Shown here piece by piece: positions 1 to 9,524 of a DNA stretch of 56,992 nucleotides (its first letter is position 1; every line of letters starts with the position of its first letter). The notes under the pieces are model-generated. The model saw only the letters and a list, made by a program, of their open reading frames with translations. It made no database searches and was not told where the DNA came from. The position numbers and the translations under genes are program-made. The stretch is from the IMG/VR virus record IMGVR_UViG_3300032238_000317, positions 1-56,992 of that record; one strand, given 5' to 3'. This DNA comes from a virus (taxonomy: Duplodnaviria > Caudoviricetes).

Positions 1-9
1 ATCCCTATC

Positions 10-342
10 TTGACTATTATATTCCTTGCATCATATTATTATTTTACAACAAAATTTGCTGACTTAACAGATTTCAATATAATGAAGGAAAAAATATCAA
101 TAGTGCAAAAAGATATTTCTCTGTTACAACAGCAAGATATCTCTTCTGCAACTAAAATTACATTTATTGATACATTAGAAATGCGTTTGCGTGAATGTGA
201 AAGAAAAGTTAACTTGGTAGTAAGCAAAGACGATAGACCATTACCAAGTGATGTTACTATTGAATTAAAAGCAGAAATCAATATGCTTAAACTTGTTATC
301 GAAAATCTTAAGCAAGAAATAAAAAACACCCATTCAAAATGA
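10..342 (+). CDS. Hypothetical protein, hydrophobic N-terminal segment plus coiled coil; probably 5'-truncated by the window edge
   Basis: Only credible + strand ORF; converges on the minus-strand block; heptad-like C-terminus (LKAEINMLKLVIENLKQEIK). Confidence 0.55.
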   Translation: MTIIFLASYYYFTTKFADLTDFNIMKEKISIVQKDISLLQQQDISSATKITFIDTLEMRLRECERKVNLVVSKDDRPLPSDVTIELKAEINMLKLVIENLKQEIKNTHSK

Positions 343-351
343 ATGAGTGTT
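319..351 (-). terminator. Rho-independent terminator for the minus-strand transcript
   Basis: Minus strand reads AACACTCATTCA-TTT-TGAATGGGTGTT-TTTT: 12-bp stem with one G-U pair followed by a U tract, downstream of ORF 388..846. Confidence 0.65.
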
Positions 352-387
352 ACTAATACTATTCCCCCGTTTAATTAGATCTAAGCA

Positions 388-846
388 TCAGTTACTCGGG
401 GGATAGCAGGGATTTGCAGGATAATACATTCCACCATTATTGATGACGGGATTGTACCTGTACACATTGAGGTTTTGGGGAATCGGTGCTGCGCCAGGAG
501 TGGTTACACAGCCTGGAGTATAATAAAATGAATTGCAATAAGGGTAATAACCACCGTAACCGTAGCCACCGATTCCCCAACCTCCACCGTAATACCCACC
601 ATATCCGTAACCGTATCCGTAACCACCACCGCTGATGATGGTTGCGTTGTTAGCACCCTCCACTCCACCGACATTCAGATTGCCAGTGGTATTTGGATTG
701 TACCCGAATCCGTTACTCTTATTAACATAACGAACCACAGAACCATCGGGACGATGGATTTCTGTAACAATGTCAGTCTGCTGAGGCTGACATGCACAAA
801 GAGTGAACAGACAAAGAATAAGGATGGTATAAAGGATCTTCTTCAT
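388..846 (-). CDS. Putative lipoprotein with Gly/Tyr-rich low-complexity region
   Basis: MKK + hydrophobic stretch + lipobox-like LCAC; GGYGYGYGYGGYYGGGWG tract; own sigma70 promoter. Confidence 0.7.
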   Translation of the reverse strand: MKKILYTILILCLFTLCACQPQQTDIVTEIHRPDGSVVRYVNKSNGFGYNPNTTGNLNVGGVEGANNATIISGGGYGYGYGYGGYYGGGWGIGGYGYGGYYPYCNSFYYTPGCVTTPGAAPIPQNLNVYRYNPVINNGGMYYPANPCYPPSN

Positions 847-852
847 GTCCCT

Positions 853-880
853 ATTATACCATCCCTATCTCATCTGTCAA
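853..880 (-). promoter_or_regulatory. Sigma70-type early promoter TTGACA-N16-TATAAT with extended -10 TG
   Basis: Minus strand TTGACA gatgagatagggatgg TATAAT; only 6 nt to the ATG at 846. Confidence 0.8.
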
Positions 881-886
881 GAGAAA

Positions 887-1024
887 TTATTGCTTGTTCC
901 AAGGCAATTTCTTGTTGATCCAGTTCCACAGTTGTGCGCCAATTAGCGAACCAGCGACAAATACTGTGATACTATAAAAAACTGTTCCGAGTGAACTTGC
1001 AAATACTGAATTGAAGTTTTCCAT
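887..1024 (-). CDS. Small membrane protein, 45 aa (MENFNSVFASSLGTVFYSITVFVAGSLIGAQLWNWINKKLPWNKQ); not in ORF track
   Basis: Manually translated; strong SD (AAAGGAG) upstream; one hydrophobic helix; fills the gap after speD. Confidence 0.7.
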   Translation of the reverse strand: MENFNSVFASSLGTVFYSITVFVAGSLIGAQLWNWINKKLPWNKQ

Positions 1025-1048
1025 ATGCTTTCTCCTTTCTTCTTAAAA

Positions 1049-1444
1049 TTAATTTACCTGTGAATAATTCTTTCCACGCTCCACGAAATGTTCTTCGAAC
1101 TGAGTAAACCCGAAGTACACTTTTGCAAAATCAAAAATAATTTGTGGATTGAATTTATTGCACGAATAAACATCAAGCGTAATAAAATGCGTTGGTTCAA
1201 TTGAATGAATCTGAATACCCGATTCGATCAGCGGAACCCAACCACTCACTCCCAACTTTTCGGGATAGAGTTCTTTACCGTTTTTGGTAGGTCCGTGAAT
1301 GACTATTGGTTGACTCATACGGGTCATACCAATCTCATCTACCAGTTTCTCTAGGAATCTGTAGGTGAGTTCCAAGTCATCTGCCGTACCAACTCGGCAA
1401 TTATACATGTCAAGTAAATATGAATATCCAAATGGTTTGCTCAT
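1049..1444 (-). CDS. speD: S-adenosylmethionine decarboxylase proenzyme (SpeD-like)
   Basis: LLDMYNC, GVSGWVPLIES (E/S autocleavage site), IQIHS, ITLDVYSC motifs; start set at MSKPF, ATGA overlap with the nrdJ stop. Confidence 0.85.
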   Translation of the reverse strand: MSKPFGYSYLLDMYNCRVGTADDLELTYRFLEKLVDEIGMTRMSQPIVIHGPTKNGKELYPEKLGVSGWVPLIESGIQIHSIEPTHFITLDVYSCNKFNPQIIFDFAKVYFGFTQFEEHFVERGKNYSQVN

Positions 1445-3360
1445 GATGTTAGATCCACCAATTCGCACTTATCACCTGTGCAACTAAATGTCTGTGTTCC
1501 TGCGGTCTGATCTTCCTTCTCAAAATTCTGAAGGACAGTCCAATCCACATTCTTTGGCATCTTTGCCAAGAGTGCTTCATATTGTTCCTTCGTGCAATCC
1601 TGATAAGGTGCTTGCTTGTAACTGTGATCGGAATGCGGTAAGAATGAAATACCACTAATCTCGTCAAAGTGCTTATAGACCCATGCACCGACTTCCATCC
1701 ATTCATGTTCCTTTACAGTAATAGTAACGGATGGTTTATGCTCACACCAGTTGCGCTGATACACCAACCACAGTTCAAGTTGTTGAATTGCAGTCAAGTC
1801 ATTGCGAGTGACGCAACCATCTGGTGATTTCATCGGGAATGAAAATACCATTGTATGATCAGGTTTCATGACACAGGGTTCTGCGGGGAATCCAAGATCA
1901 ATCATCATCTTGCAAAGAGGATCCTTGCGATCTGCACGAACAGTACGAATGTAGTATTCGTTGTGACGAGCATGAATACCCGATGCAGCATCTACAAGTT
2001 GAGATACTGTACCTGATGGTTTTACACAAGTAATTGCAGCAGCAGGATTGATTCCGATTTGCTTCGCAAAATCCTTATTTACTTGAATTGCATAATGACG
2101 AAGATCCTTCAGAATTACTTCTGCTGCCTTTGCATCACGGAGTTCCTTGTTGTCCGTGATACCTGTCATTGAAACACCAAGAAGTGCTTCTTCTGTGCAG
2201 TTCTTTTCCCATTCAGATGACAGATAAGGGAAGTTTGTCAATGATGCTTGGAATGTACCAAGAATGGTTGCGAGTCTTACTTTGCGTTGCAATGAAGCAA
2301 GATTATCATCATGACGCACTACAACTTCAGTAAGATTGCAAAATTCACGGTCGCGTAGAATGATTTCACTGCAAGGATTTGTACCAAACTCATAGGATGA
2401 GTCGCGGCGATCTCCCAACTTAGCAACAGTTCGTCTACACGCATCACGATTGAAAATACCGCGTTCTCCGCTCTTTGACTTATAGAGGGAAACCCACTCA
2501 TCCATGAACACTCCTATTTCTGGTTTTTCTTTGTATGAGACACTGTTATTGGCCAATGCTCGCTGCGGATTGTCATTCCACCATGCTCCACTCTTTGCTT
2601 CTCGCATTCTTTCATCAGTGAGATTACTGAGTGATATAAGGGCAGATCTGCGGACACCTCCGACAACGACAATCTCCGCAATTTTACAGATAATGTCATG
2701 GCACTCAATGGAAGTGAGTTTGCGGCCTGCAGCTTTCTTAAAAGTGTCAATCGTGAAGCTAAACAAATCATCCAGCGGCGCTGGTCCTGATGCTCGACCT
2801 CCAAATGTCTTAAGTCGGGCGCCAGCAGGACGAACCTTTGATAGATCCCATTTTGGGATTTGCCCGCTAATGAGTAAGGATACAAGTTCTTTGTATGACT
2901 TAGCCCAACCAGCCTTAGAGTCCTGCACCACAATAGTAGTGTCCGATGGAGTGAATTCTTCTGCGATTGTAGGAAGTTTCTCAACATACTGCCTCTCCAC
3001 GCTAAATCCAACGCCAGTACCGCACATCAATATGTATAGGATTTCATCAAAAGCACGAACACGATTGACTGCAACATATGAACAATTATATCCTGCTGTG
3101 TTGTCTCGTTGAAGTGCTTCGCCCGCAGTCATTAAAGATCTCATGCTGGGCATGATCTCAAGATTTAAAACTGCATTAAAGAGTTCTTTCTCTAGTTCGG
3201 GACTCAATTCGTAATTTTGGTTATTCTTCAGATGCTCACGAAAGAAATTAAAATATCGTTGAACGGTTTCTTTCCATGTCTCGCGTCTATTTTCACTTTC
3301 AATCCATCTTGAATAACGACTAAGATGAATGAAATCCTGATAGAGTGTTGGTAAACTCAT
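1441..3360 (-). CDS. nrdJ: Class II (adenosylcobalamin-dependent, monomeric RTPR-type) ribonucleotide reductase
   Basis: GYNCSY, GTGVGFS, VVVGGVRRSALI, GTNPCSEIIL, TCVKPSGTVSQL and C-terminal CTGDKC; no nrdB in window. Confidence 0.93.
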   Translation of the reverse strand: MSLPTLYQDFIHLSRYSRWIESENRRETWKETVQRYFNFFREHLKNNQNYELSPELEKELFNAVLNLEIMPSMRSLMTAGEALQRDNTAGYNCSYVAVNRVRAFDEILYILMCGTGVGFSVERQYVEKLPTIAEEFTPSDTTIVVQDSKAGWAKSYKELVSLLISGQIPKWDLSKVRPAGARLKTFGGRASGPAPLDDLFSFTIDTFKKAAGRKLTSIECHDIICKIAEIVVVGGVRRSALISLSNLTDERMREAKSGAWWNDNPQRALANNSVSYKEKPEIGVFMDEWVSLYKSKSGERGIFNRDACRRTVAKLGDRRDSSYEFGTNPCSEIILRDREFCNLTEVVVRHDDNLASLQRKVRLATILGTFQASLTNFPYLSSEWEKNCTEEALLGVSMTGITDNKELRDAKAAEVILKDLRHYAIQVNKDFAKQIGINPAAAITCVKPSGTVSQLVDAASGIHARHNEYYIRTVRADRKDPLCKMMIDLGFPAEPCVMKPDHTMVFSFPMKSPDGCVTRNDLTAIQQLELWLVYQRNWCEHKPSVTITVKEHEWMEVGAWVYKHFDEISGISFLPHSDHSYKQAPYQDCTKEQYEALLAKMPKNVDWTVLQNFEKEDQTAGTQTFSCTGDKCELVDLTS

Positions 3361-3407
3361 ATAATAAAAACTCCTAATGATTATGTACTTGATTTAGTTG
3401 GTGAGGA

Positions 3408-3438
3408 TATTTATACCACAACCGATATTGCTTGTCAA
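3408..3438 (-). promoter_or_regulatory. Composite sigma70 / gp55 late promoter upstream of nrdJ
   Basis: Minus strand TTGACA-N17-TATAAATA; the -10 box doubles as a perfect T4 late consensus. Confidence 0.7.
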
Positions 3439-3445
3439 CTTTCTT

Positions 3446-4606
3446 TTAGAAAGATCCACAATCAATTGGCGATGTAAGACCACCGCCAGTAATTGTCAAG
3501 TCAATATGATTATTTTGTTCCGTCACAGTAACACTATCACCAATAAAATTTAGTGATCGTATTGCTTTTGAAACTTTTTGTCCATCTTTATAAAGTGCAA
3601 CATTACCTCCACCAGATCCTTGTGCTGCACTTCCTTTTGTTGCATTACCTATTAAGTCTTCAAAGAACTTTTGTTCTACGCTTAATGTTTTATCTTTTAA
3701 TTTTAAAGGATAAGTTGCTACTGCGACTCCTACATCTCCAGTATCACCTTTGTCTCCTTTTTCACCAGCAGGACCAGGTTCTCCCTGATCTCCTTTTTCG
3801 CCCTGTAGTCCCATCGGACCTGGCGCACCATTTGCACCAGCAGGACCAATTGGTCCGATTTCACCTTGAAGTCCTTGTGGGCCCTGAGGACCAATTTCAC
3901 CTTGATCCCCCTTATCTCCTTTTTCACCCTGAAGTCCTTGTGGACCTTGAGGTCCAATTGGACCCCTTTCTCCGTTTAATCCCGCTGGTCCCTGTTCTCC
4001 TGCAATACCTTGGAGTCCTTGTGGACCTGATTCTCCCTGTTCCCCACGATCTCCTTTAGCACCTGTTTCTCCACGGGGTCCTTCTGGTCCGATTGGGCCT
4101 GGTTCTCCGCGTTCACCGCGTTCTCCCACATCACCCTTATCTCCCTTGTCGCCTCTTTCACCTTTTGCGCCTGTAGGGCCAGTTGCGCCAATAAGTCCTT
4201 GTATTCCTCGTTCTCCGCGTTCACCTTTATCTCCTTGTACGATGATTCTCTCAACTATAACACGCTCGGCAGTAGGGTAGGCTTGACTTGCCTGAGGTTC
4301 CTTCACCTCGTTGACACTTGGAGGGGTTGCTAGTGGAATCAGTTCAAATAATTCATCTATAATGCGTGGGCCAGCATGGAGACAGATCTTATTATTATTA
4401 GAATCACGAAGTCCATATTCGCCAATACCACCCATGAAAATGGGATCACATTCCTCGTCAATAGGAATTAATGTAAAAGAGTCACCTTTATTATAACCCT
4501 GAATGTCATGTAGCAATTTGAGTTGATTGCCAATAGAATACTTCCCAGTACTTAACTTTACTGGACGGACAGAAGATTCTTTAAGGTAACTTTTAAACTT
4601 ATCCAT
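3446..4606 (-). CDS. Collagen triple-helix repeat protein
   Basis: About 57 uninterrupted Gly-X-Y triplets; N-terminus MDKFKSYLKE; C-terminus IDCGSF; late-type TAAATA at 4613-4618. Confidence 0.85.
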   Translation of the reverse strand: MDKFKSYLKESSVRPVKLSTGKYSIGNQLKLLHDIQGYNKGDSFTLIPIDEECDPIFMGGIGEYGLRDSNNNKICLHAGPRIIDELFELIPLATPPSVNEVKEPQASQAYPTAERVIVERIIVQGDKGERGERGIQGLIGATGPTGAKGERGDKGDKGDVGERGERGEPGPIGPEGPRGETGAKGDRGEQGESGPQGLQGIAGEQGPAGLNGERGPIGPQGPQGLQGEKGDKGDQGEIGPQGPQGLQGEIGPIGPAGANGAPGPMGLQGEKGDQGEPGPAGEKGDKGDTGDVGVAVATYPLKLKDKTLSVEQKFFEDLIGNATKGSAAQGSGGGNVALYKDGQKVSKAIRSLNFIGDSVTVTEQNNHIDLTITGGGLTSPIDCGSF

Positions 4607-4615
4607 TTATATTAT

Positions 4616-5317
4616 TTATTTGGTTAGAACATCCCATGAAACGGGAAATAGGGGTGCAATTATTTTACCAATTGCATTTGCATATTGCTGAACTTCCCAT
4701 TGTGCGTGTGGATCCATTCTCTGCTTATATACTCGCGCATAAGCAGCAAGGGAACCCGTCCAATACCATTCCGTGTATGCTCCCTGCGGTAAAACGAATC
4801 GTGCTTGTTCAGGAGCAATACCTTTACTTAGTAGTCTATTATAGGTATCCAATGCTTCATTTACAATAAAACTATAAGCAATATTGCAAAGATTATATTC
4901 ATCGCTTCCTAGTGGTACAGGTGCTTCGGAACCTTGCTTTGCTCCATTTATGGGTTTTGATCTCCACATTGGATTGTAAAATTCAGGTTCATTGCTCACA
5001 TATCTGCGCGACACTTCGTTCTCCACAAATCCAACTTTGTGTTTAAAAAGTTGAGTACGAATAGAAATTGGAGCCTTGATACGCAAAGTAATTTGCGGAT
5101 GTGCAAATGGAGTCCAATGCTTGTGTTCTGCTAGGTACTTAATTAGTTTCTTGTCCTTCTCGGACATGACATTTTTAGTACCATCGGGAGTTTCGATTGT
5201 TTCTAATTCGCTTTCCTTTGCAAAAGAAACTCTAGCAGCATTAACCACCATGAGATCATCTCCCATGTGTGCGACATAATCAACCGAACCTTTATCCAAC
5301 ACTTTCACATTAAACAT
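4616..5317 (-). CDS. thyX: FAD-dependent thymidylate synthase
   Basis: VVNAARVSF, HWTPFAH, RTQLFKH, NEVSRRY, EQARFVLP, HAQWE motifs; start set at MFNVKV. Confidence 0.95.
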   Translation of the reverse strand: MFNVKVLDKGSVDYVAHMGDDLMVVNAARVSFAKESELETIETPDGTKNVMSEKDKKLIKYLAEHKHWTPFAHPQITLRIKAPISIRTQLFKHKVGFVENEVSRRYVSNEPEFYNPMWRSKPINGAKQGSEAPVPLGSDEYNLCNIAYSFIVNEALDTYNRLLSKGIAPEQARFVLPQGAYTEWYWTGSLAAYARVYKQRMDPHAQWEVQQYANAIGKIIAPLFPVSWDVLTK

Positions 5318-5909
5318 TATCCTGTTCCTCCATGCAACGAATGTAATACTGATAGATATCAGATTTTTCACTCAGGTTGTTCAGAAGAATATCTGTATAT
5401 TGCTTTTGGAATTCTTTGTTTTGAACACAAGTTATTGCAACATTAGTATAATTCATCCAATCCTCGTCATCAAATTCATTAAACTTGAACTTATGCTCAC
5501 ATAGAATGAACATCTTTAGATCATTTTCATAACCAAAAGGATCGTCTGGTGTATTGCCTGTTTTCTCAAGCCATTTAAGCATGATGCTTGCAGTTGGCAA
5601 CTTACTGTTTTCTTCTACAAAGTCCAAATACTCATCTCTAGTTTCTTCGATATCAAGAGCAAGTTCTTTGATAAAGATAGTCTGTGACAAAAGATTTGTA
5701 AGGATAATTTGCGGAGTCTTCTCTTCCGCATAATTGAAAGTAACATTTCCACTTGCGGCAAAAGACTTTGCATAATCAACTGCACGGGTCCAAAGATCAG
5801 GATCCATTTGCTTGATATAGTCAGAGAATAGAGTATTAAATTCAATGACTGCTTGCATTACATTCTGTTCGTAGTTTTCGTAATCTTCGGGATTCATACT
5901 TTTTTCCAA
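5310..5909 (-). CDS. Hypothetical acidic protein
   Basis: 199-aa ORF overlapping primase and thyX; no recognised motif. Confidence 0.65.
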   Translation of the reverse strand: MEKSMNPEDYENYEQNVMQAVIEFNTLFSDYIKQMDPDLWTRAVDYAKSFAASGNVTFNYAEEKTPQIILTNLLSQTIFIKELALDIEETRDEYLDFVEENSKLPTASIMLKWLEKTGNTPDDPFGYENDLKMFILCEHKFKFNEFDDEDWMNYTNVAITCVQNKEFQKQYTDILLNNLSEKSDIYQYYIRCMEEQDNV

Positions 5910-6904
5910 GTGTTAAGTTTTAGTTTTGCTTCAAGACCATTGCACGAATTTTGTTGCATGATCGTTGATATTTCGATTGGAGACATACCCGCAAGAACCA
6001 TGTCATTTACATCTTTCTCTTTGACTGATTCTGGCCAGATTACAATGTCTCGTTTTGCTTCGATCAATTTCTGCATCTGTTCAACGACTGCTTCGTTACG
6101 AGGTTCGTTGTCAACTGCAAATATGATTTTCTTTCCTCTAATTGCCTTTGGTATGCACCCTGTGTTATTGATGCCCACCATAGCGACACAATTAGGCAAG
6201 AATAAAGAGTCCAACGGGCCTTCGACAACAAGTATTGTCTCTGAATTGAAACTCTGCTCGAGCCCGTACCATAATCTTTCAACATCTTTGTCCAACTTTA
6301 TTGTAATGTAACGCAAATGATGATCCTCAAGGGTTCGTCCTTGAACACCTATCAGTCCACCCTTCGCATTGAAGATAGGAATGATAAGTCTTTTATCCTT
6401 TGGTACATTGGTAGCAGTCGGATCTATTTCTTTTAACCAAGCATCAAAGTTTTCGACATAGTACAAACGAGAATAGGCAGATTCGGGAATCTTTCTACTC
6501 TTCACATATGTTAAACACATATGATTTTCATCAAGAGTATCAAGTCGTTGAGCAGTACCCATGTCCTTACGGAATACTGGTTTCTCAAACTTGAACTCGG
6601 GTTTTGTATAGTTAGAATGACCTGTTTCGCCTTCCTTCCAACGATCAAGCGAATATTGCTTGCAGAGAGAAGGAGAAACAATTTCTAAAAATCTATACAG
6701 AGTATGAGATGCACCGCAATTGTGGCAACAGAAGAACATATCGTTCTTCTTGGAAAAGAAATATCCACGAGCCTTTGACTTGCTCTTGTCGGAATCGCCA
6801 CAAATCGGGCAACGAAAATTGGCAAGGTTGTCCTTCTTCCACTTGAATTTCTCAAGCATCGGGGACACCATGCCAATAAACTTTTTGTCAATTATTATAG
6901 ACAT
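5894..6904 (-). CDS. gp61: DNA primase (T4 gp61-like)
   Basis: Zn ribbon CPICGDS...CHNCG; TOPRIM VVEGPLDSLF, DNEPRN, KDVNDM. Confidence 0.95.
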   Translation of the reverse strand: MSIIIDKKFIGMVSPMLEKFKWKKDNLANFRCPICGDSDKSKSKARGYFFSKKNDMFFCCHNCGASHTLYRFLEIVSPSLCKQYSLDRWKEGETGHSNYTKPEFKFEKPVFRKDMGTAQRLDTLDENHMCLTYVKSRKIPESAYSRLYYVENFDAWLKEIDPTATNVPKDKRLIIPIFNAKGGLIGVQGRTLEDHHLRYITIKLDKDVERLWYGLEQSFNSETILVVEGPLDSLFLPNCVAMVGINNTGCIPKAIRGKKIIFAVDNEPRNEAVVEQMQKLIEAKRDIVIWPESVKEKDVNDMVLAGMSPIEISTIMQQNSCNGLEAKLKLNTWKKV

Positions 6905-7070
6905 TCTTAGGTGCGAGTCCGCTCATTGTGTGATTCCACCATGCTTCCCACTCGGGAAGATCTTCATCCCGCACGAACGGGAGATCATTGTGGCGTTGCT
7001 CAACTGTGCGAGTATCATTGTCACGAATAAACTGAACTTGCTTGTAAACGATTTCTTCACTCTGCTTCAT
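6888..7070 (-). CDS. Small hypothetical protein
   Basis: 60 aa, overlaps both helicase and primase, consistent with translational coupling. Confidence 0.55.
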   Translation of the reverse strand: MKQSEEIVYKQVQFIRDNDTRTVEQRHNDLPFVRDEDLPEWEAWWNHTMSGLAPKNVYNN

Positions 7071-8478
7071 TGTTTATTTTCCAAGAACTTACCTGTTCAC
7101 GATACGATTGACGACTCTTTTTGAATTTGTTGTCGAACCCTTCGACACCCACATCGTCATCGTTACCCGTACCAACCAATCCACTCTGTGCTGATTCCTC
7201 TACATCATAGAGTTTCATCTTGGAGCGATTGATTCCGACTACGAATTTACGCTTCGTAGCAAGATCATTATAGCGGTTCTTCAACTGCTTGACAAGTATG
7301 TGTCCCTGTTTATCTAGATCCTCATTGGACATAATTGCAAACATAAAGTCAGCAGTTGCTGGCAAACCGAATGATTCAGATGTGTCTTCAAGATTTACAT
7401 CTGAACTTGAATACCCTGTTCTATTTGTCTGTGTTGCAGTAAAGATAGGAACATTCTTCTCTACAGCAAGTCCTCGCAATTCTTCTGCAATTGCTTTGAT
7501 GTAGGTATACGAATTCACGCTACCATTGTTTTTATAGCGAGATGAAGCACAGATGTTTAGATAATCAATAAAGATAATATCAGGAACAAATTTACGCTTC
7601 AACTGCAACTCATCAATCAGATATCTGAAGTGATTGGCACTAGCAGATGCAGTAGGATATTCCTTGATGATCAACTTACCCTTGATACGATTTGTAAGCC
7701 TGTTCAACTTTGCTTCGTATGCTTGTTTGGGTAGTTCCTTGAGATCATCCAATGTAGTATCCATTAGATTAGCATCAATTCTTTCTGCAATTCTTTCTTC
7801 TGCCATTTCACAAGTAATGTACAACACATTCTTGTTCTGTGCAAGACAATTCGCAGCATGGTGACACATGAACAACGACTTACCTACTCCAGTACCCGCA
7901 AGAATAACATTCAATGTCTTTTGAGGTGTACCACCATTGGTGATATCGTTGAAGTATTGAAGATCAAACGGAATTCGATGTTCGATCTTATGATAGAAGT
8001 CATATCGCTTCTCACCATCTTCAAGATAATCGTGTCCTACATGGGTATCAAAAGAAACGGACAATGCTTCAGAAAGAATATCTGGCAAAGCAGTTGTGTT
8101 CTTTGACTTTGATTTACCTTCGATGATATGAATAGATTCTAGGATGGCATTATAGATTGCCTTGTCCTGACAAAACTTTTCTGTCTTGTCAATCAACCAT
8201 TCCTCATCCTGCACAGCAATAGAACTGAAGTCCTTGAGTCTTTCACCAAGTTCATCGAATTCCTTTTGAGTCAGTTCATTACTGTTCTGTAGATCAATCG
8301 TAATGGCATCTACAGAGGGAGAAGCATTGTACTTCGTGATGTATTCACGAACAGTCTTGAAGAGTAGTTTCTCCGACTTTGTTTGAAAGTAATCTTCCTT
8401 GACGAAAGGAATAACCCTTCGCATATATGATTCATTCTCTAACAGATTCTTGAAGATAATGTCTTCTAGTGAACTCAT
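7057..8478 (-). CDS. gp41: Replicative DnaB-like helicase (T4 gp41)
   Basis: Walker [44 protein letters not shown]. Confidence 0.96.
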   Translation of the reverse strand: MSSLEDIIFKNLLENESYMRRVIPFVKEDYFQTKSEKLLFKTVREYITKYNASPSVDAITIDLQNSNELTQKEFDELGERLKDFSSIAVQDEEWLIDKTEKFCQDKAIYNAILESIHIIEGKSKSKNTTALPDILSEALSVSFDTHVGHDYLEDGEKRYDFYHKIEHRIPFDLQYFNDITNGGTPQKTLNVILAGTGVGKSLFMCHHAANCLAQNKNVLYITCEMAEERIAERIDANLMDTTLDDLKELPKQAYEAKLNRLTNRIKGKLIIKEYPTASASANHFRYLIDELQLKRKFVPDIIFIDYLNICASSRYKNNGSVNSYTYIKAIAEELRGLAVEKNVPIFTATQTNRTGYSSSDVNLEDTSESFGLPATADFMFAIMSNEDLDKQGHILVKQLKNRYNDLATKRKFVVGINRSKMKLYDVEESAQSGLVGTGNDDDVGVEGFDNKFKKSRQSYREQVSSWKINNEAE

Positions 8479-9524
8479 TCATCATCCTTAGTTGATGTTT
8501 CATCTTGTCCATAGCAGAACTCTTTCTGTGCTGCTACATTCAACTTTTCCATGACTTCCTTTGTAAAGTACTTCTCTGGGTTCTCAATGATGTTCTTTTC
8601 AAAACAAGTAGAACCATCGGGAAGTTCAATACGAGTCGATACCTTCTTGAATATACCATGATCTAACGCAAGATCAACTAGACCATAGTAACGATCTAGT
8701 CCACTATCGTATCGAACAAGCACATCCACCATCTTGTTTTCCTTGGTGAATCTTGCCTTGTACAACTTACAATGAATGATGTTACCGATTACATCACCTT
8801 CTGTGTTCTTTTCCTTCTTCTTGGAAAGATAAACAATTGTGGATGCAGCATACTTAAGACCAGAACCACCACCCATTTCCTTTGTTGGAACATAAGCACC
8901 AACAACATCATATGTGTGATTCGTCATAAGCATAGGAATCTTTGCAACACCAAGTTTGATTGTAAGAACACGGAAAGTAGACTTCACTACTTGTGCGCGA
9001 GTCATATCACGAACATTCTTACCCTCTGCGGTATCGTTCATTTCCTTCTCTGTGGACAACATTCCTAGAGAATCAAGAACAATAAACATAGGTTTGCGTT
9101 CAGATTCCTTCATCTCCAAGCACTTGTCTACGATGGTGATTGCTTGTCTACGGAACTCCTCTACCGTTGCTACGGGGAACACGGCGATCCGCTTAGGATC
9201 GACTCCACGCTCCTTGAACATCTCTGAAGTTACTGCTTGCTCCGAATCAAAGTACAGCACCACACCATCAGGATTGTCCTGTAGGAAACGCCTAACAATA
9301 CCAAGTGCAAAGTAAGTCTTACCTGTAGCAGACTCACCCGCAAGTGCTACGATCTTATTGTCTGGCATTCCGTTGTACAGACTTCCCGACAACAGAGCAT
9401 TCAGAATATAAGAACCAGTATCTACATATCCGCTTACATCGCTTCCTTCCAATCCCTCATCTACTGTGGATGCGTATTGATTTCCCGATGCTTTAATTAT
9501 ATCATTTAAAAAGTTCATCATCAT
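8475..9524 (-). CDS. uvsX: RecA-like recombinase UvsX
   Basis: [34 protein letters not shown]. Confidence 0.95.
   Translation of the reverse strand: MMMNFLNDIIKASGNQYASTVDEGLEGSDVSGYVDTGSYILNALLSGSLYNGMPDNKIVALAGESATGKTYFALGIVRRFLQDNPDGVVLYFDSEQAVTSEMFKERGVDPKRIAVFPVATVEEFRRQAITIVDKCLEMKESERKPMFIVLDSLGMLSTEKEMNDTAEGKNVRDMTRAQVVKSTFRVLTIKLGVAKIPMLMTNHTYDVVGAYVPTKEMGGGSGLKYAASTIVYLSKKKEKNTEGDVIGNIIHCKLYKARFTKENKMVDVLVRYDSGLDRYYGLVDLALDHGIFKKVSTRIELPDGSTCFEKNIIENPEKYFTKEVMEKLNVAAQKEFCYGQDETSTKDDE

Noticed and set aside
1-870. 10-bp repeat ATCCCTATCT at 1-10 and 861-870
   Set aside because: Too short, lies at the window edge and has no supporting mobile-element features; compatible with chance.
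3725-4240. Periodic repeats that might suggest a CRISPR array or tandem repeat
   Set aside because: The 9-bp periodicity encodes collagen Gly-X-Y; there is no repeat-spacer structure and no cas genes.
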